The notes under the pieces are model-generated. The model made no database searches and was not told the origin of the DNA. It worked only from the letters and a program-made list of their open reading frames with translations. A DNA stretch of 63,976 nt, filler included, from a bacterium (GTDB lineage Bacteria; JALSQH01), in the NCBI GenBank assembly GCA_027004335.1. It is 9 parts of 9 records of this genome, joined end to end, with 100 filler letters (N's around TTAATTAATTAA, not from the genome) between each part and the next. Parts side by side here need not be neighbours in the genome. Positions count along the whole stretch, not along the records: positions 12,822 to 25,498 come from JALTID010000069.1; positions 25,599 to 38,161 come from JALTID010000072.1; 7 more parts are not named here. One strand, written 5' to 3'. Numbering within the stretch: position 1 is the stretch's first letter; the number at the start of each line of letters is the position of its first letter. A program made the translations under genes and the position numbers. Shown in pieces: positions 19,385 through 29,333 of the stretch.

Positions 19385-20559
19385 CTTTCTCCTCCTTCCC
19401 TTATCATTAAAAAAATTAAACCTGCACCTATCCCTGTGTAAGCCGCCACCTGGAAGGCCCCATTAAAACCAAACTTATCTATTAAAAAACCTATAAGGGT
19501 GGGAGCAAGAGAAGCAAGAGCAAGGGAAAATGTTAGCATAACCCCAACTCCGGTTCCAGCTTTTTCTCCCACCAGATCTATTATAAAAGCATACCTCACA
19601 GGAATAGTAAAAAACACAAAAAAACCCATAAGCATCAGGATAATAATAGATGGATGTCTGATAAAAAGAAGCAGGAGCAGTGAAGCTACTATGTATCCAA
19701 AAGATATCACCCTTTTTCTTCCTAACTTATCAGAAATTGCCCCACCAAGGGGTTGGGCTATCAATCCAGGAAGCAGCATGTAGGTAGTAAAAAGATTTGA
19801 CTTAAATATACTATCCCCTTTTGCATAAAAATATGATGGCATAAAAGAGGAGACACCTCTGGAGAAAAAGGTGTTGATACTTGCCAGAAAAGCTACAAAG
19901 AGCAGAGTTATACTGAAGGTGCTGAAATATGACTTTTCTACAGGTTTTTCTTCTACACGGAGAAAAGATAAAACAAGAAGAGCCGTTACAACCGCAGGAA
20001 TCCAAATAAATTTAAACCCTTTTATGCCCGCTGTAGCAAGAATAACTCCTCCCAGAAAAGGTCCCATGAGGAAACCAAGAGAGCCTCCAATTCCATGTAA
20101 TCCCAGAACACCCCCCCTCATGGAAGATGGATAAGATGCGGTCAATATAGAAATCCCTTGAGGATGGTATGTGCTCAAACCAAGACCAATTAAAGTAGCT
20201 GCAAGAAGCATCAAATTATAAGTGGGAGCCTGGCTAAAAACAGTAAAGCCAAAACCAAGAATAATGAAACCTGTGACAAGAAGTAACTTTCTCAATCCAT
20301 GCTTCTCACCCATATGACCGGAGAAAGATTGTAGTGAAGCAGATATAACAAAAGGAATGGAGGTAAGTAATCCAAGTTGAAGATAAGTGAGATTAAATTT
20401 GCCCTTTAAAATAGGTAAAAGTGAAGGTGTAAGCATAGAATATGTATCATTAACAAAATGAGCAGTAATGGTAAGAGCAAGTACTCCCCCGGGAGCGGTC
20501 TTAATCAAAAGAGGGGTAGTTAGCTCTATTTTCTTTTCACTCTTAACTGCTTCTGCCAC
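19381..20559 (-). CDS. MFS transporter (Fsr-like)
   Basis: 12-TM pattern, HFVND, YHPQG, G.ISDKLGRK. Confidence 0.88.
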   Translation of the reverse strand: MAEAVKSEKKIELTTPLLIKTAPGGVLALTITAHFVNDTYSMLTPSLLPILKGKFNLTYLQLGLLTSIPFVISASLQSFSGHMGEKHGLRKLLLVTGFIILGFGFTVFSQAPTYNLMLLAATLIGLGLSTYHPQGISILTASYPSSMRGGVLGLHGIGGSLGFLMGPFLGGVILATAGIKGFKFIWIPAVVTALLVLSFLRVEEKPVEKSYFSTFSITLLFVAFLASINTFFSRGVSSFMPSYFYAKGDSIFKSNLFTTYMLLPGLIAQPLGGAISDKLGRKRVISFGYIVASLLLLLFIRHPSIIILMLMGFFVFFTIPVRYAFIIDLVGEKAGTGVGVMLTFSLALASLAPTLIGFLIDKFGFNGAFQVAAYTGIGAGLIFLMIREGGER

Positions 20560-20887
20560 GATATTTTCTTCCTCTCAGAGAGCTCTTGTTTTTGTAATAA
20601 TCACACGATGCTCGTTTCTTATCATCACAGTTTTTATTCAATTCCCAGCAGTTCATTTTTTTTAGAACAATAGAGAGAGAATTAAGATTAAATCCTTCGG
20701 AATGGATCATTTCTCTTACGCAATTTATGAAATTAATATCTCCCACAGAATAGAGGCGCTGGCTGCTGATCCTGCGGGGTTCAATAATACCTTTTCTATC
20801 GTACAATCTTCATGTCTGGGGATGAAGATGTAATAACTTTGCCACTTCACCAATTCTGTAGTATCTTTTTTCCAGTTCTATTTTCAC
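20543..20887 (-). pseudogene. MerR/HspR-like regulator with C-terminal Cys motif, interrupted by an in-frame TGA at 20810-20812
   Basis: GTG 20887 gives MKIELEKRYYRIGEVAKLLHLHPQT*RLYDRKGIIEPRR..QRLYS...CWELNKNC...CDYY. The stop sits where HspR-type proteins have HPQTLR. Confidence 0.8.
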
Positions 20888-20908
20888 TAAAAAGCAAATT
20901 AAGGATTT

Positions 20909-20936
20909 ATTGTATCTTTATAACAATCATTGTCAA
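20909..20936 (-). promoter_or_regulatory. Promoter TTGACA-16-TACAAT with an overlapping 7-1-7 inverted repeat (TGACAAT-G-ATTGTTA)
   Basis: Read directly. It lies upstream of the merR-MFS-nifX operon and resembles a Fur-family box. Confidence 0.55.
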
Positions 20937-20970
20937 GTTTTTTAGCAAAAAAAATAAATTTCAAATAATT

Positions 20971-20993
20971 AAAAGGCAGGCTTTCAGCCTGCC
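20971..20993 (-). terminator. Rho-independent terminator after groES
   Basis: GGCAGGCT-GAA-AGCCTGCC followed by TTTT on the minus strand, 7 nt after the stop. Confidence 0.75.
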
Positions 20994-20999
20994 ATGGAT

Positions 21000-21275
21000 T
21001 TACTCAACAATCTTCGCTAAAATGTCACCTTTCTGAACAATGAGATAATCCTCACCCTCAATACTTATTTCATTACCACTGTATTTTGCGTAGATTACCT
21101 TATCACCGGCTTTAAAGAGATCCTTCACCTCTTCACTATCTCCCACTGCGATCACTTCACCTACCTGAGGTTTCTCCTTGGCAGTATCTGGAATAATAAG
21201 ACCTCCTGGAGTCTTTTTCTCTTCTTCTTCCAGTGGCTTAATCAACAACCTATCATCAATTGGCTGTACCTTCAT
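21000..21275 (-). CDS. groES: Co-chaperonin GroES
   Basis: QPIDDRLLIK, TPGGLIIPDTAKEKP, KYSG. AGGAGG RBS before ATG 21275. Confidence 0.96.
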   Translation of the reverse strand: MKVQPIDDRLLIKPLEEEEKKTPGGLIIPDTAKEKPQVGEVIAVGDSEEVKDLFKAGDKVIYAKYSGNEISIEGEDYLIVQKGDILAKIVE

Positions 21276-21316
21276 CTTACCTCCTCCTGTTGGGTTCAAT
21301 TACTGATTTTTAGATT

Positions 21317-21353
21317 ATTATAATCAGCAGCAGCCAAATGTCAAGAGTGCTAA
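21317..21353 (-). promoter_or_regulatory. groES promoter TTGACA-16-TATAAT overlapped by a CIRCE-like site (TTAGCACTC-N9-GGCTGCTGC)
   Basis: Perfect left CIRCE half and degenerate right half, with consensus -35/-10. Confidence 0.65.
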
Positions 21354-21584
21354 TTTCAATGTGTTCATATCTAACGAAAATTTTTATAAAGCACTTATTG
21401 ACACTCCAATTTATTAGAAATTTAAATCAAGATAGGGAATATGTCTTAACCAGAATAAGCTTCGCACTTGCAATTAAAATTAATAGTCATTATAATTGGG
21501 TCTCAAGCATAATGGAGAAAAGAGATTTTTGAGAAATTAGCCAAATTCATTGTCAAATACAGGATTCTGCTTTTTACAATCCTC

Positions 21585-23807
21585 ATGATCATATTTATCT
21601 GGGGAGCATGGGTTGGGAGAAAAGTCCAGTTTGATTTCTCACCCAAATCAATCTTCATTACAAAAGATCCAGAACTCCAGTTTCTTGAACATTTTGAACA
21701 AATCTTCTCTCCCAGTGACAACCTTGTCTATGTGCTACTTCTGCATAAAAAAAGCATTTTTAACAGAGAATCCCTCTTATCAATAAAAGAAATGACCGAG
21801 AAGATTTCAAACCTTGACGGCATTGATAATGTAATAAGTATCACCAACGCAAGTCTTCTGGAAGGCTCACAGGAAAGTTTTACTGTTACCACACCATTTG
21901 AAGAAATTCCCAAAAGTCAAAAGGAAATAAACAAAATCGCGCAAAAATTTCTTAAAGAACCCCTTGTAATAGGTCAACTCCTTTCAAAAGATGCAAAAAC
22001 CACTGTACTGGTGGCTCAATTTGATAATGAACACGAGGAGGATGAACAGAGAAGACCTATCATTAACAAAATTGAAAAAATAGCTAAATTCCACAGAGAT
22101 CAGTTCAGGATTTACTTCGGTGGATTACCTGTAATATCAAAAGCATACGCAGATATTTTGAAACATGATTTAGTAGTATTCACAACCCTTGCCATGCTGA
22201 TAAATATAATCGTGCTTCTCCTTATATTCAGGAACTTACATGGAGTAGTAATACCTCTCACTGTAGTACTTCTCAGTACAACTCTTACAACTACACTGGC
22301 TGTTCTTACAGGACAGAAGCTTAACGCACTTAATAACATAATCCCGCCATTTTTGTTAGTTTATGGGCTTGCTGACTCTATTCACCAGATAAACAGGTAC
22401 TATGAAGAAGTACCAAAGTATAAGAGCAAGCTGGACTCTATTAGATCTATGTTGGCAGCCATGGCTCTGGCCTGTCTGATGACAAGTGTTACAACAGCTG
22501 TAGGATTTGGGGCAAACTACACAGCAAAGATCTCTGTGGTAAAACATTTTGGTTTATTAGCCGCTGGTGGTGTTTTAATCGCTTATGTTGTAACAATAAT
22601 TGTTGTTCCATCCATGCTCTCTTTCTTCAAGAAGCCACCCGAAAAAATTAAAAAGGAACTTGATAGGGGATTCTTAGGCAAAATCCTTGTCGGAATCAGC
22701 AGATTCAATGAAAGACATCAGAGACTCGTCTTGCTGCTCGCACTTTTGACTTTCGTTCTATCGGTCTGGGGTATATTACTAATGAAACAGGAATCCAGAA
22801 TGCTCCAAGAGTTAAAGTCCAATAACCCGGTAAATGTTGCCAATCGGATGATGGAGCAGCATCTCTCCGGGATCGTCCCTCTGGAGATAGCAGTCTATTC
22901 AGATGAATCTGACAGGATGAAGGATCCCAACTTGCTGGCAAAACTGGATAAACTTGAACAGTATATTGAAAGTGAGGATGGAGTAAGCACCGTTATAAGT
23001 TTTATGGACCTAATTAAAAGAATGAATCAGGCATTCCATAATGACAATCTCAGATATTACAGAATCCCGGATAATCGGAATCTTATTGCACAATATCTGC
23101 TGTTATACTCCATGTCAGGGGGACAGGATCTCACAGGAAAGCTGGTTAACGAGGATTACTCAAAGATGAGAATAAGCATAAGAACAAAGGATTACGGAAG
23201 TATCTGGTTCTTCAATCTCCTGAGAAAAATTAAAAACTATCAGAAAAAACTTCATTTGCCTAAGGATGTAAAAATTCATTACACTGGTTCTTCACTCATA
23301 GTGTATAAGGCCTTGAACCACGTTGTGAAAGACCTTATGGCAAGCTTTATTGTTGCTTTTCTATTAGTATTTCTGTTAGTTTTCATAGAATTTGGCTCAC
23401 TTAGACTTGCAGCTCTAAGTATGGTGCCAACAACTCTACCCATGCTCTTTACAATGGGGTTTATGGGATTTGCAGATATACCCCTCAGGATGTCCACTGC
23501 TGTGATTTTCAGTATATCAATGGGAATTGCCATAGATAATGTTATCCACTATGCGGCGAGATACAAAGAAGAGCTCCACGCCGGAAATGGCTACAATACA
23601 TCAATGTATAAAACCATAATAGGTGCTGGAAGAGCAATCATTTCTACCACTTTTCTTGTTATAGCAGGTTTCATGATCCTGTTGACATCTCAGTTTGTGG
23701 CAACAATAAATCTGGGATTGTTGGGGAGTATCACACTTTTCATAGGGCTGGTAAGTGCACTATTCTTCCTCCCAGCACTTATACTTGCAATAAGACCAAG
23801 GCTTTAA
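21585..23807 (+). CDS. MMPL/RND superfamily exporter
   Basis: Two repeats with G.AD..H and GIAIDN..H, TT.VGF, large periplasmic loops. The true start may lie ~60 nt upstream. Confidence 0.88.
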   Translation: MIIFIWGAWVGRKVQFDFSPKSIFITKDPELQFLEHFEQIFSPSDNLVYVLLLHKKSIFNRESLLSIKEMTEKISNLDGIDNVISITNASLLEGSQESFTVTTPFEEIPKSQKEINKIAQKFLKEPLVIGQLLSKDAKTTVLVAQFDNEHEEDEQRRPIINKIEKIAKFHRDQFRIYFGGLPVISKAYADILKHDLVVFTTLAMLINIIVLLLIFRNLHGVVIPLTVVLLSTTLTTTLAVLTGQKLNALNNIIPPFLLVYGLADSIHQINRYYEEVPKYKSKLDSIRSMLAAMALACLMTSVTTAVGFGANYTAKISVVKHFGLLAAGGVLIAYVVTIIVVPSMLSFFKKPPEKIKKELDRGFLGKILVGISRFNERHQRLVLLLALLTFVLSVWGILLMKQESRMLQELKSNNPVNVANRMMEQHLSGIVPLEIAVYSDESDRMKDPNLLAKLDKLEQYIESEDGVSTVISFMDLIKRMNQAFHNDNLRYYRIPDNRNLIAQYLLLYSMSGGQDLTGKLVNEDYSKMRISIRTKDYGSIWFFNLLRKIKNYQKKLHLPKDVKIHYTGSSLIVYKALNHVVKDLMASFIVAFLLVFLLVFIEFGSLRLAALSMVPTTLPMLFTMGFMGFADIPLRMSTAVIFSISMGIAIDNVIHYAARYKEELHAGNGYNTSMYKTIIGAGRAIISTTFLVIAGFMILLTSQFVATINLGLLGSITLFIGLVSALFFLPALILAIRPRL

Positions 23808-23812
23808 GTTTT

Positions 23813-25114
23813 TTACTTGTTAAATTTAAAGAGGTAAAAAGCAACCCCACTGGGGACCTTGGGATAGAAGAAGGTAGATTTCTGGGGCAACCTTTCACTA
23901 ATGGCAGATACCTTCTCTACATCATCAAGGGTAAGAGGCTTCATCAAAACAAGAAAATCTCCTTTACCCTCTTCTAGCAGGCTTAACCCTTTTCTCAATT
24001 CCTTGATATAGATAATATTCACCTGTTTTGCTTGGGATTCCATGGAAATACCTAAAATTTTCTCAAGAATCCCTCTATGAAGCATGTTAACATTTAAATT
24101 TCTCAACTCCTCAGGCAAATTGAAAAGTAAGCCATCTATTTTTTCCTTAACAGGTTTAAGAGATACCACTCTATCCCTGGTCATTATCATAAAAGGGAAA
24201 TCCATACCAGATAATTTTGAAAAAATTTCTTCTACGGGGGAATTAACACTTATACTTTCCTCATAATCCAGGGAGAAAAAGGGAGTAATTTTCCTAAAAA
24301 ATTCATCCTCCGTAACTTTTAAAGAATGGAGCAATCTATGGGTGGGAAGGATAACAAGTCCCTCATCCTCACTGTTGGCAAGGTACATCATCACATAATC
24401 AGCAGGATGCTCAACATCATCAGGGATATTCTCCTTTTCTCTTATATATTTCTTAATATTCAGAGCCGTTTCATATCTGTGGTGTCCATCAGCAATGTAG
24501 AGTCTCTTATCTATAAGAGTTTTTTCAATCAAACTGATAAAATCAGGATCCTTCACCACCCATACTTTTGTAGGGATCCCAGTTGTATCAGTAAAAGTTA
24601 GATCCGGCTCACCCAGTTCACTCCACTTTTTCTCAATGGTCAAATCGGGATCCCTGAAGAGGGAAAATACAGGAGAAAGATTTCCTCCAACATTACTCAT
24701 CAATTTAAACCTATCCTCTTTAGGGGCATCAAGGGTTCTTTCGTGAGGCTTAACACCTTTACCAAGTTCCTCTAATTTAACTCTGCCAAGAATACCTTTT
24801 CTTCTAAGCACCCTTCCATCTTCCAGAGTGTATTCCTGTTCCATCAAATAGAAAGCAGGTTCATCACTGGTTAAAGCCCCTTCATCAAGCCATTTATTTA
24901 AAAGATCTCTCGCTCTTGTATATCTGTTATTGGAATCTGAATCCTCATCATAAATTTTCCCTAAAATCAATCTGATCACATTGTATGGGGATCTTTTGTA
25001 AAGTTCTTCCTGTTCTTCAGAACTTATAACATCATAAGGCGGGGCAATAACATCGTCTAATTTAAATCTTTGGGGATTATACCTCACTCCAGCGAATGGT
25101 TCTACAACTGCCAT
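23813..25114 (-). CDS. DUF1015 family protein
   Basis: PPYDVI, PHE.T, IADGHHRY, LPTHR, PQKSTFFYPK. Confidence 0.9.
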   Translation of the reverse strand: MAVVEPFAGVRYNPQRFKLDDVIAPPYDVISSEEQEELYKRSPYNVIRLILGKIYDEDSDSNNRYTRARDLLNKWLDEGALTSDEPAFYLMEQEYTLEDGRVLRRKGILGRVKLEELGKGVKPHERTLDAPKEDRFKLMSNVGGNLSPVFSLFRDPDLTIEKKWSELGEPDLTFTDTTGIPTKVWVVKDPDFISLIEKTLIDKRLYIADGHHRYETALNIKKYIREKENIPDDVEHPADYVMMYLANSEDEGLVILPTHRLLHSLKVTEDEFFRKITPFFSLDYEESISVNSPVEEIFSKLSGMDFPFMIMTRDRVVSLKPVKEKIDGLLFNLPEELRNLNVNMLHRGILEKILGISMESQAKQVNIIYIKELRKGLSLLEEGKGDFLVLMKPLTLDDVEKVSAISERLPQKSTFFYPKVPSGVAFYLFKFNK

Positions 25115-25213
25115 GATACGCTCCTTTTCTTGAAAAGAATAATTATAGAAATTATACTTAAATTGCTTTTAGGAGCAACAGAAAAAAAATGATTTTATGA
25201 TATAATTTGCTTG

Positions 25214-25498
25214 ATGTGGAAAATTATAATCTATATTTTTTTACTTTCCAGCCTCTGGAGTAGTAGCGTTATTACCCACTTTCCTACAAGGAAGAAAGTA
25301 ATTGCTATAACTTTTGATGCCTGTGAAACTATCCATCCCACCTATTTTGATAAGAGGATACTGAATTACATCACCAAAAACCAGATACCCGCCACGATTT
25401 TTGTAAGCGGGAAATTTGCAATTACAAACTCAGATACCCTTCAAATTATATCCAGATACCCCTTTATAGAAATAGAGAACCACTCATTTAATCATTAC
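25214..25498 (+). CDS. Polysaccharide deacetylase family protein (truncated)
   Basis: IAITFD, ATIFVSG, IENHSFNH (NodB motifs), signal peptide. Confidence 0.8.
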
Positions 25499-25598
25499 NN
25501 NNNNNNNNNNNNNNNNNNNNNNNNNNNNNNNNNNNNNNNNNNTTAATTAATTAANNNNNNNNNNNNNNNNNNNNNNNNNNNNNNNNNNNNNNNNNNNN
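25499..25598. other. Artificial contig spacer
   Basis: N44-TTAATTAATTAA-N44. Confidence 0.98.
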
Positions 25599-27979
25599 CC
25601 CTCAAGCTCAGGATATACACGTACCCGGGTTCCCCTGTTTTTAAAGGAAAAGAAAAGGAACTTTTTTGTGGATCACTCCCACACGAGACGAAATTACTAT
25701 AAATACCCCCCTGACACTCCCACCTCAAAAAGTTTATATCGGGTGACGAAGAAGCAATTTTAAGTTCATATGAGGTACTGTTGGTGACCTCTGTTTGAGA
25801 AATTAAAGAAGGTATAGAAGGAGGAGTAGTATCAAGGACAATACCACCCACTATTACATCAGTATAATTTCCCGCTGTATCCTGAAACCTCACATATATC
25901 GTTTTATTACCATCTCCTGAATCCAGAAGATGTGTGTAATTTTTCACCAGAGGCTGAAAATCACCTGAAAAAGATGAAGAGTTACTTACTTCAAACTCTA
26001 TAGGTGAAGAATCATCAGCCGAGAGTGTAAGAAGTACCGAAACACTGTTAAGATAAATTGTACCATCGTAAAAATTACCTGAAAGTACTGATACCCGAGC
26101 ATTAGAGGGAGGTTGTGTATCAAGTACAACTGTTTTATAATCTGGATTGCTCATATTACCAGCATTATCCCCAAATCTGTAAAAAATATAATGCTCACCA
26201 TCTCCCGAAGAGATTGTAAAAGGTCCTGAATAGCCATTATCAACCACCATAGATGTAGAAAAAGAAGGATCTTCACTTACCTCAACCCAACCTGCTCCAT
26301 CTGCATCGGCTGAAATATTTATTACCCTATTATTGGTGTATTCATCACCATTATTAATCACAAAACTTTTGCCAGTAGGAGAAGGAGATGTGGTATCAAG
26401 AGTTATTGAATCACAAACCGGGGATGAAGACACATTGCCTGCAATATCTTTTAAATAAACGCAGATGGTGTAATCACCATCATCTCCTGCAAGAAAATAG
26501 TGATAACTGCTGGTGAAAGAAATCCACCGAGAATAGGAGCCTGTAGTCTCATTGAGGATCTTCATAAATGCTGCACCATCAGCTGAGATATTTAAAATCA
26601 CACTCCTTTTTGATGTTAAGTTTCCACAATCACCCGAAGAAGAACAAATTGTTAGAGAATGTCCAGCTGGTGCAACAGTATCTTTAATTATTCTTACATC
26701 TTCAGTTGTACATGTCATATTACCCGCGTAATCCTTGAAACAACCTCTAACTAAATAAGTACCATCATTGCCAGGAGTAAGAGATGAATACCTCGTGTAA
26801 CTCTGCCAGTTGTTTTCAATCCCATTCACAACAAACTCCATCTTCTCCACGCCGGATGTTTCATCTCCTACATCCGATAAAATTGGGATCCCCCCACTAC
26901 CACTGAAATAAAACCTTCCATTCACATTCCTGAGATAGTTANNNNNNNNNNGGTAGAGCCGTATCAAGTATTATTGAACCTTTAAGGTCCTTCGTCTCTC
27001 TGCCATTTTCATCTTTAAATTTTACACAAACGGTCTTTAAGCCATCTCCCGAGGTTAAAGTCCAGCTTATAGAAGCCTTAAACTCCTGCCAGTCACCATA
27101 ATTGCATGCACTATGCTCATAATTACCTATTTTCATCCCGGTTGCATTGAATCCATAAAGATTTAACTTCACCTGAGATGTAGCAGTGTAACGGTCGCTT
27201 TCAACAGGGTTGGTCACATTCAAGGGAGCTAAATAACCAACTATCTCAAAATCCCCAGTCACTTTCTTCAGTACAAGGGTACCAATATCAGAGCTATTTT
27301 TATTATCATCATCGCCAACCTCAACATGAGAAACTACACCAGGGGCATAACCTTCTTTAGAACCAACTACATCATAGGTCCCGGCGGGAACACCACTAAC
27401 AGCGAAACTTCCATCACCACCTGCAACTGTGGTAAATGAATAACCTGTGGCCTCATCTGCGTAAGGTCTGAATCTTCCTTCGCTCTCACTTACAAACCTC
27501 GTGAGATTTCCTACTCTTCTGAAAGTGATCACTGTGCCTGATGGATCAAGATATTCTCCAGGCTCACCTTCTAATTTAACCTTACCCTGTACTGTTACCC
27601 TATGAAGCTTTAAAGAAATCTGGCCAAGATCAACCTCCTGTGCTATCCCGAGGGTTACATCTTTATACTCCACCTTATCATAATGTCTTGTATAAATAGA
27701 AACTGTATAAACCCCAGGGACAATATTTTTCACTGAAAAACTACCATCTTTTTCCGTTTCTATCACCTTGTTAAAATTGGAATTCTCCACCTTTACTGTC
27801 ACACCTGTGGAATCACCCTCATTTTCCAGAAGCACCTGCCCTGAAATGCTGGCTCCCTTCTGTAGAGCCGCTGGTGCCCCAGGATCATAAGGATTGGTAT
27901 GATCAAGATTTGATGAGCAGGATGAAATAAAGAAAATTGCCCATGTAATAAAAAAAACAAAGAAAAAAAACTTCCTCAT
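25599..27979 (-). CDS. Large surface lipoprotein: carboxypeptidase-regulatory-like domains followed by repeated Ig-like modules (10-N gap at 26942-26951; 3' truncated)
   Basis: Lipobox ISSC and 'NPYDP'. Repeated unit '...GDG.(K/Y)TI.V.F.D.AGN....I.LDT..P'. The two track ORFs are probably one gene. Confidence 0.7.
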
Positions 27980-28049
27980 TATATTCCCTCCCCTTCGGAG
28001 TATTTTTTTACATTTTAGCACAAAAAAACTAAAAAATAAGTGAGCTAAA

Positions 28050-29333
28050 TCACTTTTTCAATCGTACCTCCACCGCATGCGCATGAGAAAAGAGTTTTTC
28101 CTGGTTCGCAATATTTATAATATGCTTCCCATATTTTTCAATCCACTGTGACGAAACTATAATCATACTACTCTTCTTTACAAAATCTTCCACTCCCAGA
28201 GGAGAAAAGAATCTTGCAGTGCCTCCGGTAGGTAGTGTGTGGTCAGGTCCCGCTAAATAATCTCCCACAGGTTCCGAAGAATACTCTCCTATAAAAATTG
28301 CACCTGCATTCTTTATTCTTTCGAGAGCCTCGTCAGGATCTTCAACAATTAATTCAAGATGTTCAGGGGCAAAGTCATTGGCAAAGGAATACATTTTATC
28401 TCTATTCTCAAATAGAAGTATTGCTCCGTTGTTTCCTGATGATTTTTCAATAATATTTCTGCGTAGATTCTCTTTTAATAGGTTTTCGAATTCAGTCCTT
28501 ACCTCTTCCGCGAGCTTCTCATTATTTGTAATAAAAACTGGATAGGCAGACTCATCATGTTCAGCCTGCGACATCAGATCAGCAGCGATCCAGAGAGGAT
28601 TTCCATGATCAGCTACTATGAGTATTTCACTGGGACCCGCGATCATGTCAATATCAACAATACCATAAACAAGTTTTTTAGCAGTAGCAACAAAAATATT
28701 CCCGGGTCCGACAATCTTATCCACCTTTGGAATAGTCTCCGTCCCATATGCAAGAGCGAAAATCGCCTGAGCTCCTCCAACTTTAAAGATCTTCTTCACA
28801 CCGGCAATATCAGCAGCAACCAAAACTGAAGGATCATACTCACCTCTGGGGAAGGGGGTAACCATATAAATCTCCTTAACTCCTGCTACAACAGCCGGGA
28901 TAGCATTCATAAGCACAGTGGAAGGGTAGGAAGCTTTACCCCCCGGCACATAGATCCCGACTTTTTCCAGCGGGGTAACCCTTTCCCCAATGCGAGCACC
29001 ATTCTCTTCTACCACCCACTCCTCAGGTAATTTCCTCTCCTGATATTTTCTTATTCGCTCCGCTGCAATTTTAAGGGATTTAATAACTTCATTCTCAACA
29101 AAAGTCAGAGCATCCTGAATCATATTTCTGGGAACTTCAAGACATTCTCTACAGAGTTCATTTTTATCCCACAACCTTGTATATTTCAGAAGAGCTTCAT
29201 CCCCTTTATTTTTTATCTCTTTTCCGATTTTTCTTACCTGATCCTCCACCTCTATCAGGTCCAGAAACCTGTTCAAAAGCTTTGAAGCCTTCTTTTCAAA
29301 CTCTCTATCTCCTTCTCTGAAAATTTTTATCAT
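28050..29333 (-). CDS. hisD: Histidinol dehydrogenase
   Basis: YVPGGKA.YPS, IDMIAGPSE, SQAEHD, APEHL, GDY.AGP.H.LPT. Confidence 0.97.
   Translation of the reverse strand: MIKIFREGDREFEKKASKLLNRFLDLIEVEDQVRKIGKEIKNKGDEALLKYTRLWDKNELCRECLEVPRNMIQDALTFVENEVIKSLKIAAERIRKYQERKLPEEWVVEENGARIGERVTPLEKVGIYVPGGKASYPSTVLMNAIPAVVAGVKEIYMVTPFPRGEYDPSVLVAADIAGVKKIFKVGGAQAIFALAYGTETIPKVDKIVGPGNIFVATAKKLVYGIVDIDMIAGPSEILIVADHGNPLWIAADLMSQAEHDESAYPVFITNNEKLAEEVRTEFENLLKENLRRNIIEKSSGNNGAILLFENRDKMYSFANDFAPEHLELIVEDPDEALERIKNAGAIFIGEYSSEPVGDYLAGPDHTLPTGGTARFFSPLGVEDFVKKSSMIIVSSQWIEKYGKHIINIANQEKLFSHAHAVEVRLKK

Noticed and set aside
20810-20812. Selenocysteine or alternative genetic code at the merR TGA
   Set aside because: The position corresponds to Leu, not Cys or Trp. 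No SECIS-like hairpin follows, and TGA terminates many intact genes here (mrcA, hisD, prfA).
16186-20970. Genomic island integrated at tRNA-Val
   Set aside because: No integrase and no duplicated tRNA 3' end found on this contig, and composition looks like the flanks.
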